Source: Trichoplax adhaerens | Taxonomy: Eukaryota; Animalia; Placozoa | Direction of reading: 5' to 3' | NCBI RefSeq assembly: GCF_000150275.1 | Contig: NW_002060947.1 | Coordinates: 2,469,740-2,533,739 of the forward strand | DNA length: 64,000 nt | In this document: in pieces, positions 40,488 through 53,276 of the stretch | Numbering within the stretch: the stretch's first letter is position 1 | How the letters are laid out: every line of letters begins with the position of its first letter | Notes under the pieces: model-generated | Seen by the model: the letters and a program-made list of their open reading frames with translations, nothing else | Database searches by the model: none | Told to the model about the DNA's origin: nothing | Translations under genes and position numbers: made by a program

Positions 40488-43400
40488 ATGGGTGCTGGAA
40501 CGAGCAAGGAAAAAAACGAAGACATGGATAATTACCGAAAATCATCTATTGACAGCTTAGAAGCGGCTGTAAATCAGGGAATTCTAACTCCGGAGCAGAA
40601 GGAAAAAGAAGAACGTAATCGAAAATTTCGTGCGCGTAAGGTACTGCCCCAGACTTTCTATTAGAATTAGAATTATTTATTCTACTGTACAGTACAGTAC
40701 TTGTGCAGTAACCGGATCTTGATGGTAAAAACTTTTTACCTTCAGCAATAATTAGGAAAGTCAATCAGACTATTAACTAATAGTAAGTACTGTTTATTGC
40801 ATCCCAGGAGCACATGTAATATACCGTAGTATCGCAGTTAGAAGTCTTTATACTTAGGCTTTACGGATCAACTTTATCTGATTTTGCAAATAGTCAATGT
40901 TTAAAATTCGTACCAGAATCTTATAAAAACAATAAAAACAAAACAAATACAGAATACGGTACTATCCTAAGTATCATCTCGGACCCCGGCTCACTCCGCA
41001 GCCTGTTGCCAGTTTTGTTTATTTTGTTTTGCCTTTTACAACTTATTTACCATCAGTACCGTTACCATTAATTATTAGACAGCGTCCTATTGTAATACAA
41101 TGCGCATTTTACGCACATAGTGTTCGATTTATCAACCTTCAACGTGGCGCATTTTTACAATAAAGCAACGTGTAAGTTGTGAGCGAGTAAGTAAATTCGC
41201 TCACTTACAGTTATTGAACTGATATCGGAGGTAGTTGATTTATCTATGACTACTAAAGAAATACCGGGTAATTCTTTCATTAGTCCACGATTTATCGCGC
41301 ATTAATCTAATCATATAAACGTTTCACGTTGGATCGGTGTCAGACAACTCTTAATTCTTCCATAAATAGATACTTTACCATCGCAGTTAAAATAATAATT
41401 CTACGCGTACTTTACTAATGGAGCACAGTCAATTTTTGAACTCAGTCTTGTAACTGGTACTGTATACTTCCAGTTAAATACAGTATAGTATTCCAGTAAA
41501 ATCCAGCTGTTCGTACAGTACATACGGTACAATGTGCAAATGTACATAACTGTACTGTACTCGTAATTTGTAAATTCTACGATATTTCATCCATATTGTG
41601 TACAGTACTAGTCCCCGTTTAGTTTGATGCAAATGACGGGGCTAATGTGTATTAATCGAGTCCATCACATGAAATGACTTTAAACAAATTTAAGACCACA
41701 AAATCTACGGTATATTGTAAGCCAGTATATTAGACAACAAACTATATTGTCTGTAATCTGTTTGCAACCATTAAAGGTGTATTATCCTTTTAATAATTTA
41801 GAATAACTTGATGGTTCTAAAAGAACTCTATCGATTGATGGATCCTTCTGTAAAGAAATCCGGTGATGCACAAGGAGAAGTTCAACTGTCTTTTAAGTAC
41901 AATGATGAACAATCGGCGGTATTAGTGAAGGTAAGCAACCGAGCATTATATCTATAACGATATACTGTAATTATTAATGTATTCTCCTTCATGGTTAGTA
42001 CTTTATAATAAAAAGTTTTATGAAGGCTATTGATTAAAGGTAACTCTTTCTCAGAATTCTCAGCTGGTAGTGAATAAACTAAATTCGTGCTACTATAGTA
42101 CCATCGGGTAGAGTCAGTTAATTTCGATTGAAATTATGCACCGTACAGTTAAAATGGCCAGTGAGATAGTCGGCATAATAATTTAATTCTTAGTCAACAG
42201 TCACTTCTGTCCTTCTCTTAGTTGCCTCTGGGTAGAATGCTATCCTTAAACAATCGAATCTCTATACTGTAGACACTTTTGAATAAATTACACTTTATGT
42301 ACTGTACTGTACGCGTATACTTTTATCAAATGAAACTTCTCTCGAAGTTCGGACTATACAAGTCGCAATTCAGAGTTCTCGCTAGTAAGCGTTTGAAAGT
42401 ACTACAATGCAGGAAATTCTGTTTGTTAGTATAATTAAATAGCGCTATTATAGTACAGTACTATACTTCTGTAAAGTAATAAAAAATTAAGAACATTGAA
42501 CGTGAATTGATTTTATTGCAATTGTTGTCAATTCGCTTCTTGAATTCTATTCATTTATTCTGTGTGAATTGCTTTATATATTGGACGATTTTATCGACTG
42601 AAACAAGCAGTAATTCTAATGATAAGATAACTGAACAAGCTTTGCCACGTGTAAACCTTATTTACATCGAATCTCTACGACAAATTTCTGTATTCTATAT
42701 TAATATCAATTATAATTATTAATACATAATCCCATGTTCGCTTGTTCAGTACAATATAGTATAAAATACATGCAATTACACAGTCGTTTAAAGTGAGCAG
42801 GTGGCTTTTTTGACTTATAGTACCTTATAGTCAATAAATGGAATGTATCTTTATCTCTAACAACTCATGACCATAGAGGTTTCTTACCTCTACGATCAAT
42901 ATTTATGACCTTAACGGACGATGGTAGCTATGTTAGGGTTATATAGTCATTCCGTATTAAAATAATATGTTTCGTACTCAGGTTTGCGTCAGTAACTAAC
43001 GTTATACGTATAATATGCACAGTTGGATTATCACAATAGTTATTAACTATTACTGTACTGTATGCATAGATTGCAAGTGTAACTTAACGTGAATGATAAG
43101 GGTAAAAAAATTTAAACCAATTTTGTAACGCTCGTTTGATTCAAAACCAAAATTGTGGAAAAACAGTTTTCCGTACTGCTTGTAGTATATCGAAAATTAT
43201 TAAGCGCTTTATGTTTTTTACAGTCATGCCATGCACGTATGTTAGCTTTTGTTATAGTTATGTAATTCAGCTTTCTTAAATTCTAGATCATTAGAGCCAG
43301 AGATCTTGCGATCAAAGATATTTCTGCTGGAACTTCAGATCCATATTTCAAAGTTGACTTAATTCCCGATCGCAATAAAGAAGGTGCTAAAAAAACGAGA

Positions 43401-44724
43401 ACCGTCAAGAAATCTTTAAATCCCATTTACAATGAAGTCATTGCTTTCAATGTCCCTCCCGAACAGTTACATGAAACTAGACTTCGATTAATGGCATATG
43501 ATTGGGATCTTCTTGGTTAGTTGTAATCATAGACTTTATTATAAAGTCGTGGATTTTAATTTCATGGACTAGTTGATTATACTTCTAATATTGAATTATC
43601 ATTAAAGGAAAGGATGATTTTATGGGCGAATGTATTATTAATCTCAGTGAATTGGACTTTGATCAAATGGGCAATGGTTGGTATCCTTTGCAACAAGCGG
43701 TCTGTAATATTCGTTCTTTAATTTTTGCGCAAATTATCGAAAACTGCTAGATAACTACAAATTTCTAATGAAATCTTTTCTGTGCTCTTAGACTGATTTA
43801 AGTATATCTGGTGCAATCGAAATTTCTCTCGAATACAAACTGCCTTCAACTATGATAGTTACAATTATTCAAGGTCGAGACCTAGTCTCTAGGGATATTT
43901 CCGGCAAATCTGATCCTTTTATTCGATGCTACGTTGTTGATACTCCAAATCGTTATAAAACCAGCGTACGTTAATTTAGTTTTCTAATAGCATTTACCAA
44001 AAAATCTATCGTAACAAATTTTAATTTACCTGTATAAATTTTCCGTTTATAGGTTAAGCATTCTACTCTTAATCCTGTTTGGGATGAAACGTTTGAATTC
44101 GATATTCCTCAAGAGGAGTTTTCTTCAAGGTGATATCTAGTAATCTGTATTAATAGATTACAATCTATTTTGTAGCTCATCTTGCTGATTCTAAGTTTTT
44201 CTTTAGAACAATTATTTTTAGCGTTTTTGATTATGATCTGACTGGAAAGAATGATCCAATGGGTGACGTTCATATCCACCTAACTAATTTTGATATTGAT
44301 AATGGTCTGCATGAGTGGTTCTCCTTAGCTGACTTGAAGAATGCCGATCGAACAAGATCACAATGGGCAGCAACTGCGGTAGTTCAAGAATTCCGAGAAG
44401 CGCTAACTGCTCACGCAATCTTTGGCTATCCATCGTTTCTGTTCTCTAAAAATAGCCAAATTGGTTTGAAGGTATCAACCATAATTATCGATAATCTCAA
44501 TCGTGTGCTCTTAGTCTATAACACTGTGTCTCCGCTACCCTAACTCTAGTATATTTCTAAATTCTATTAAAGAGGTAATATAAACATGTACGCATTGAAA
44601 TGAATTTGAAGCAAATCTACTGTGTTAACAAATTTTTGTAATATTCTAGACGTATTCGGTTCGAAGCAGAGTTGCTGGTAGTACAGCGAGAGTACAGGTG
44701 GTGGATGGTCTCTTGGCGAAGTGA
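40488..44724 (+). CDS. Tandem-C2 (synaptotagmin/Doc2-like) protein with an N-myristoylation motif and no transmembrane helix
   Basis: Exons at about 40488-40640, 41802-41930, 43287-43515, 43608-43699, 43792-43965, 44053-44129, 44207-44471 and 44650-44724. Starts MGAGTSK. C2A has GTSDPYFKV..SLNPIYNE..YDWDLLGKDDFMG; C2B has GKSDPFIR..TLNPVWDETF..FDYDLTGKNDPMG. Confidence 0.88.
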
Positions 44725-46460
44725 GATAGTCCACAGGATTCTGAATTGCTGCCAGACAGCTTATTTACGCGTAATTACGTGAGATCATACAGTAGAACAG
44801 TGAGCTACTACTAGAAATATTTAGCTGTGGATTTTGCTTTGCCACAATAGTACAGTATATTTCATTAACTTATTTTATTACAAGCTTTACGCAAATTTAT
44901 GTGATTACGTAGAGTTTCTGTAAAAATCTTTATGGACAAAAATAGAAATTACTTGAACCAGGCTGTGCGCTGGCCTCTACAGTGCGACAATGTAACATAA
45001 AAGTTACAGCACTAAGTTACATTTTTTAATTAACTATTCCTAGCTGTTTTTTAGTGTTCTTCTGTAGCGACGTAATGCTTCAACTAAAGCATATTATTTC
45101 CATTTTTAAGCATGATGTAAAGCAAACTTCTACATTCTAATTTGGAATGTTTATTTCACTTATTCGTAATCACAAGTTAATCCAATTTTTGCAATATTCT
45201 CTGATATTTGCATTTTGATAATAAAAGTGATTGCTGTTTTATCGATGAAATTTTTTAGCTATAGTAAACATTTAATAAACATTTATTTTATTTTAATCAG
45301 CTTTACTACATATTGTATATGCATAAAATCTTGCAGCATCGATACAGTATGAAGACATGATTTTATACCAAAAGGTATCAATAAATCTAGAGTTGGTCTT
45401 TTTTATTCGCACTGCTATGAATAGGTTATTACAATTTTGGATTAATAATTATAATTAATAGACAAAACCTGCTAATAAATTAGGTTGAAAACTAACTATA
45501 CATTATCGCTAGCGAAGTTAGTAAGCGAATACGCGTACACTTATTGTAGTATTCGCTTTCCAACGAATTCTATCAACAAGATAGTTGACATCGTAGTCTT
45601 TATATTCAGAGTTCACGCAACGCAAAGTTATCGTTTACATGTAGGAGTTCTTTAAAATTATTTGAGATAAAGAATCGATAGTATAGGTACACACTTAATA
45701 TTACAAATCAAATATTGACTAACATTGTCTCTAATAAGTGCATTACAGCGATGACACAAGAATAAGTGCCTGAGTAACGTAAATCAGAGAGGACTACAAA
45801 ACATGAAATACATTTAACCAAGTAATTACGCAATAACGTCATGGATTAGTAATCCACGATAATTATATAATGTATCTATCAGGTTACGTGAACGATATGT
45901 ATACAGTAATATATTAAATTAAATTAAATTCCGAAGAATAAATCTGCTATAGGGCCGTACTGTAGATCAGAGTGGTATCCACGATTACAAAGACGAATGG
46001 AAGGTAGATACTGGACGGTGATTAAAGATGTCAGTTAGGTAACGATTAACTTTTTCAATAGAAAGACAATACTATTAACTGATGCTTAATTAACTAAGTG
46101 TGGCTAATAGCTAATTAAACAGTGCAGGCAGAAAATAAATTGAACTGAATATCAGTACAATTTATCCTACACAATTTCAACTAAGGAAACTCTCAAAATT
46201 CTCATCAACAACATCGGTAAATGTTATACGAACGTGTTTAGGTATAATCTTTACGTAAGACAGTCAATGTGAACCTCTCTATGCATTTATCGAAATACGA
46301 CTGATTAATTGTTGATAGTATATTTGTAACATACAGTTATCCATAGAAATCTTCATAAATAAAGTAAGCCATTCATGAGAGCTGTAAAAATAAAAATTAC
46401 TCTTTTTACAAGGGAAAGTCGGAGAACGAATAAATGAGCCAAAGGTCCAATCACACACAA

Positions 46461-49400
46461 TTACGTCAAAGGCTCCGAGGAGGTCTTAATTTTCTTTAGT
46501 TGAGGTTCATCCCTAATGAGGTAAAGATGTTAGCATAGTTCTGTACAAATATGAACGAGAAACGTACTTATCTGAAGCTTTTCTACCGCTTTGCGGTTTT
46601 TTCGATCTGTTTTTTCCAGCAACTGTTTTCGTTAGTGTAGATTGCACTTCTGTAATAAAATACGATGAAGTTTAACTTTCTAAGTGATAATTTACATGTC
46701 TCACGACAGATCGCGTCAAAGTCTACTATGATTGAATTGCATACCTTGAAGCCATCTCACTTGCGTTGCAGGACCATACCTAAAAGATAATTTCAACAAA
46801 AATTTATAAAAATTACAAAGTTTTCTCAGTACTATTCCATCTATACCCTTTTTCATTCTTTGCAGCAATCCTGAATATAATAGCAGGTTTGGCAGATTGA
46901 TCAATGTAAGCGCGAGACACGAGACCATTATTTACCAAACAAAAAGCGTTGGTACCAATATATACTCGAATAAAGGAGAGATGAACGGAGTGGACTACAG
47001 GGCTAAGTAATTGTCCTGACTGTTGCGAATTTAAAGACGCAGGACCATCACTACGCACTGCCAGATAAACAGAATATTCTGAAATTGTTCCTGAAGTATT
47101 TGTTGGAGCTTCCCAACTAAGATGGGCTCCATCGGCGTTCTAATATGAAATTGTGGACGCGTATTAATACGATGCTTTATTTAATTAATGACATAATTGA
47201 GACGCTATTGCCTAACCTTACTGATACGAATTGATACGGGTGCACCGGGATAGCCTAGTAAGTAGGAATTAATAGCAAGTAATATTAGCTAACAGATTTA
47301 GTCACAAAGAGCGCTATTAATCGACTAAAGCAAACGATACTAACCAGGTACACATGTTTTAAAGGCGGATACTTCGCTGTAATCGCTAGTTCCTAAGCAG
47401 TTAATGGCCGCAATTCTAAACTTATAAGCTGTTCCAGATTCAAGTTCTTTTTTCTGCGCGTAAAAACTCATGTAAGACCCCTTAATCACACATGAATATT
47501 AGAAATTTTGTCAAGTGATATTAAATTGGTATGTATACCAACCTCAGTCGAACTATCAGGAAGAAAGTAGGAAGATACAATTGTAGAAGTTTTATTTATA
47601 AGACCAACATTGCACCAAATAAGGTCGGATGATGTTAATATCCTAGACTGATGAATATCGGTTACCGAAATCGAATCTTGAGTATAAGCAGCCTTCTCAG
47701 TATTCTGTACAGCTGTGGAACAGCCGTAGGCAACTAAAGGCAAAGCAGAATTAAAGTTGTGTTTGCGTCAAGTTTGAATATCACACCAGCTGTAGTTGCT
47801 TTATATCTGTAATCATAATCCGGTATAAATGTAGTTAAATTGCAACTTAATCAATAGTTTGATGTACCGGTTGTAGAAGTAGAAATCGTACGTGAATCGG
47901 AATCGAAGGGCTGAGATGTAGAGTCAACATTGATATCAGCCAGGGAAGTTTGAGAAACCTGCGCCGTAGTATCATCACCACTATTTGACATTAACTGTGT
48001 ACTTGGAGAAATAGTAGCTGCAGACACTGTACTAGATTTTACAGCAGTCGTTATATCTGATGCTTGAGAAATGGTACCCTTGTGAACTACACATTCCTTA
48101 TTACGTAAAACTGCCAAAGAAGCTGCAGAATCTACTGTAGACGGCTGAATACCTTCCGCCAATATGGAATCCATAACAATCGGATAATGATTATCACTCG
48201 CTAGTTCTGATCTACTCACAGTGGATACCGCTGCCGACATGTTAACATTACTACTTGTACATTCTACGGTCAACTCGCGTCGGCTATCTAATACAGAATC
48301 AGTAACTTTGAGATCAGAAGAAAAAGGTTCCGAAGTTTCCGCTATTGATTGATTAATATCATGTTGCCGATCTTCACTCTCGGCAGATTGCATTCTAGAT
48401 CTACTGCTAGGGGTATCAGTACCCGCGGAGAAACTAGAACTAGTAGGTGTTCTTTTGCCAATGGAAGCGGCCAACACCGATGAGATAGTGGCTCCTGGAA
48501 TTGAATCATCATTATTATCTACCGATGACCTCGTACTTGAAGTACGGTTATTGGTTGTACCTAAAAGTTCAGTAGTTTTATCGTTTATAAGGTCTAGTGA
48601 CGTAGTGCTACGATTATCTTCTGCAGCTGTTTTTAAAGGATTAGCGCTTAAGGTAAGGTTATTTGACCGTTGTGAATTCGAAAGACCATCACTTGTAGAA
48701 AACTTAAATTTCTGCAGTTGCAGTGAATAAGAATCGGCTAAACATGGAAAACAAGTCTTTAAGTCAGCGCTGTAATGAGGCTGTGCGTTAAGTAAAATTG
48801 CTTAACTAAGCTATGATAACACAATTACCTGACCTAACGGCACTCCAACAAACCTCCAAGCTATTAATACTTGCTCTTACGAGCTGCACCCTCGAAGGAA
48901 CTTTTGGTTTTTCTAAGAAAAACATTCTTGTTGTAAATACCAATATCAAGTTCATAAAATACTAAACTTAAGTACCTGATTCTAGATACCACATATCTTT
49001 GCAGCAAACCTAAAAAGAATGCTTTCTAAGTAGAGTGCAATATAATAGCAAATCGTTAAACTTGTATACCTATACCTGGTTATTCCAAGCTTTTCTATAA
49101 CCATCACGTCCACTCCATATGTATAATCTTGAATTAACTGCTATAGCGCAATGTCCAGCTCTCGCTCGAGGTACGTTATCTTCTGATATATCCATGTCGA
49201 TTTTTTCCCAACTCATAGTATCTGAAGAAATCACTTTAATAATAAAGCAATCTAGAGGTCTAAATATATTGCAATCACATTTTATTACCTAATTCGAGCG
49301 ACGCTAACGTATTAGTACATTTCCATTCTTTCTCATGGGACATTGATTTGGTTTCATCTCTGTTAGTGTTATCATCGGAAACCATTGGTACCCACCCTCC

Positions 49401-51984
49401 AAAAATTAACATCCTATAGACAGAAAAAATTTAAAAGTTCCGATAATGATATATAGCAATAATCATTTATATACCTTCTGCCCACAACAACAGCTGAATG
49501 CAAACTGCGAGGTAATGGAGGAATTCCATGTATTTCGGGTTTAGACCAAGTCATTGATGCTAAGAAAGGGATTAAAACTTGAACCTTTACCAGTATTTTC
49601 TACGTCTCACACATAAAGAATAAGACTTACTTACCAATATCTAGAATCCAAATGTCGCCTAAACGATTTCCACTCATGCCACCGTAAATCAACAATTTCG
49701 GCTGACTTTCATCTCGATTTTGCTTAACTATACATATATGTGATTCTCGAGGTGAAGGAATAGTACCGAAAGTTTCAGGAATTTCCCATTTCGGATATTT
49801 TTCATCCGCCAGATTGAGAATATACAAGTCATTCAAATATCTAAATATATATTAAAGTATATAAATTAGATCGATTGTCAAGGATAACTCGTCATGAATT
49901 ATATACCTATGAACGTTTTCTTTTCCTTCTTCTTCCAAAGTAGTTAATCCGCCAAACATATAAATCTTGTTATCCACTATCACGAAGCTGTGTCCAAGAC
50001 GACAGCAAGGAGGTGGACCATTTACAGGCGATTTCGGATTTATTCGTGTCCATTCCCACTGGTAGTTCGAAGGTTCTGCGTCTGTTGTACTATGCACTGA
50101 GCGCACGTTTAATACATGCATCTGTAACGTAGCATTTTAATTAGGAGATTATTACTGATGAGAAAATATTAATGATTGTTTAACTGTATTAGTTACTCTA
50201 TACTAATTGCTATACAAGTCTTGCATGGATTGTTAACGTTAAACGCACTTCCTTTGAGTATTTCCCATATTCTATCATACCACCAAATATGTACATTTTA
50301 TTGCCATGGCTCGCACAGCCAAAAGCAGCACATCCAGCAGGAATGTTGCCTTGAACATTTGGGGTAAACCATTGATTGTTGCCTTAAAAAAATTATGACA
50401 TTAGACGAACTAATCTTTGGCATTAGCTATAATCAACAATTTTTATTCTTACAAAGTAATACACTTAGCTTTTGAAATAGAATATATACCTTAATTTAAG
50501 TTACAAGCAGAATAGCACTTCAGTATACAAAGGAATTAAGTTTAATTTAATAAGAGTTAAATATACCCATTAACTGACTCTCAGAGTAACTGATTTGCTT
50601 AGTTAAATGATCTATGACTTTTGCTTATATACCGTAATATGTATACCATATTTAGTGAACTGCAGCGTATCTACTAACCAGCATTAAACAGTTCAGATAA
50701 AAAAGGCTATACTGTACTATAAGTTTGCACTAATAATTTATTAAAATAATGTACGACTATATAATAAAAGTAATCAATTTCCTAAGCTACTGTTTGAATG
50801 AATTGTGGCCCCTTTGCAGCTTATATTCGTAACAAGCACTATTCTATCCTTCAATTGTAGGGTCATCCCTTAGCACGACTAAGCAAGCACCAGTAGCGCT
50901 ACAATTTTCTTTACTGTACAATCTTCAAAATTAGAAGAATTATAGGTAACCTTACTAGTGTACATGTGCTGGTTTATGCCACTGTAGTACAGTACTGTAT
51001 AGCGAGGCATAACACTTCACTGTACTAAACGGCATACTGAACAACAACTCTTGACATAAATCAAAACTACCTTGCAGTTTGCTGTTTTCCCTACAATTTT
51101 AACTAAAATTTAGTAAAATCATCTCAATGAAGTAAATTATGAGTGTTTTATATCACATCATAAGTACAGTGATTGTACACCCTAAAATACTGTATGTACA
51201 GTCACAGTGAGTCACACTGTATTGTAGCTACTGTACATCTAGCAATTTAGCAATGAGTAAAATATATTTCATAAGTTCATAACTTAGAGGCATGCGAGCT
51301 ACGTAGTCACCGCATTTATGTTCGCTGTGCAAATAGCAAAGAACAGTAAAATCGAGAATGCTATAATTATTACAATAATAAATGTGCTGACAAATGCATT
51401 TTTAATTTAATTTAAACGTAATGTCGAATATTTCGGTATTAACTTTTAACATGATAGCGTGAAAAGTACTGAAATTTTATCTTCCTGCTAAGCCAGTACT
51501 GGAATCTTATCACTGTAAAGTAGTGTCAACCAAGGAAGACAAGTGATATCAAAAATTGATAATGTGTAGTACAAGTTAGACATTTTTACTCGAGCTATTC
51601 GTTATATTGGATCAACTAAGTTAACAGCATAATTAAAAGGTTAAATATTTTTACAGTAGTACAATCCTCTCAACTCAAGATTGATGCTAACAAACTAGCT
51701 TTTGTATTGCGAGATCATTTTATAGCGTTACTCACACCAATAATACAGTACAGTATTATTATAATTGATTATATCACACTGTATACAAGTACAATATCTG
51801 CTAATGGTATGAAATCCCAGTACTTACTTATACTGTATACATGCAGTTCATCTACAATTCCTTCGTTACCACCTCCAAATACAACTATCATATTATTTAT
51901 TACAGCAGCTCTATGCCCATGACGTGGACGCGGATTTGGTCCTGATGTGCCTTGAATCTTCTTCCATTTCATCGGCACCGCCAT
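46461..51984 (-). CDS. HCFC1: Host cell factor (Kelch propeller, Ser/Thr-rich linker, FN3 repeats, basic C-terminus)
   Basis: [108 protein letters not shown]. Stop at 46461-46463. Confidence 0.95.
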
Positions 51985-52102
51985 CTTTACAAGTGAGGCA
52001 AGTTAACAAAAGTTGGCTAAGTACTTTGAGACTGCGCAATGCACTGATCAACTTACAGTAAAACAGTAGTCAATGAGCGATCAGCCCCAGACAATGCTGT
52101 TC

Positions 52103-52300
52103 TGTACTGTACATTACAGTACTGTAATCGCTGTCGTTCAGTACAGTACCACACTACCAATGTGGATGGTGAATTTTTCCATATTTTTGTACAGTACAGT
52201 ACTGTACAGTACAAGCAATCAATGTACCGTACAGTACATTGTACAGTATAGAAATTTTTTGTTTCTGCAATAAATTAGATTTTATTTTACAGTACAGTAT
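52103..52300. repeat. (TACAG/TACTG)n cluster just upstream of HCFC1
   Basis: Arrays lie 120-320 bp 5' of the ATG at 51984. Confidence 0.92.
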
Positions 52301-53276
52301 AGCGTTTGGCCTAGTTTCGTCAATAAATTGTGTCAAACACTTCATTATGATAGTAATTTAATATTCAGACAGTCGATTCTGAAATGACTGTTTTTTTAAT
52401 TAGGTAATATTACATTGTATTCCATTGCCTGTTGCTTGGAAGCAGTAACTTTAGATCATAAATGTTGTTCAACGCAATATGAGCGACTGAGTGACTATTT
52501 TTCGACATTTTCGCCCTCATCTAGTATGAAAAATCCGTCCATCCGAGGAGTGTCAAGTCTAGAAAATTTGGCCTTCCACACTAGTTCAGTATATGCGGTA
52601 CATAAAGTAGGAGCCGATCTTTTTGTATTAAGTCATCAAAATTAGCGAATTTTTTATTCTTTTCAGAATGGTTCATACCAAAATTATAAACCACAAAATT
52701 ATAGGAGATAGAGGATTATATAATTATGCTCTTACTTCGATAAGCCGTCTTAGCTACAAAATCTAGCAACAAATACAGTACATTGAGTACAGTACGAAAT
52801 TGTAATGGCGAATCACGCTAGCAGGTATGAACGCAGTAAATGGTGAGATGGTACTCCGTTACATTATACATTACAAGGATAAGAATTACATATATCCATT
52901 AAAAGAGTCTAATGAATAAGTACAACAGAACCTATATAATAATATCAATTGTATTAAGTAACATGATAAGTAACAACCCGGTTTGACTTAAATAAGTAAA
53001 TACTTTCGGATGATTTATTGGGAAGAAGTTACTATTTCGGATATAAAACGAAAATAAAGCAGGGTGACGTACACGTCAACTCCAACAATTTCAACTTATC
53101 ACATTTAATGGAAAAAGTACATAAAACATCATTTCAATCCAAGTTGAAAGTACATTCCAAAATGTTACTGTAGTATGTTGGTAGTACTGTAATCTAAATT
53201 TGAAAGCTTAATACTGAAAAGAAAGGTGACGTATATGTTATAATTAGTATTAGTACACAGTTGCTATTTCGTTTCT

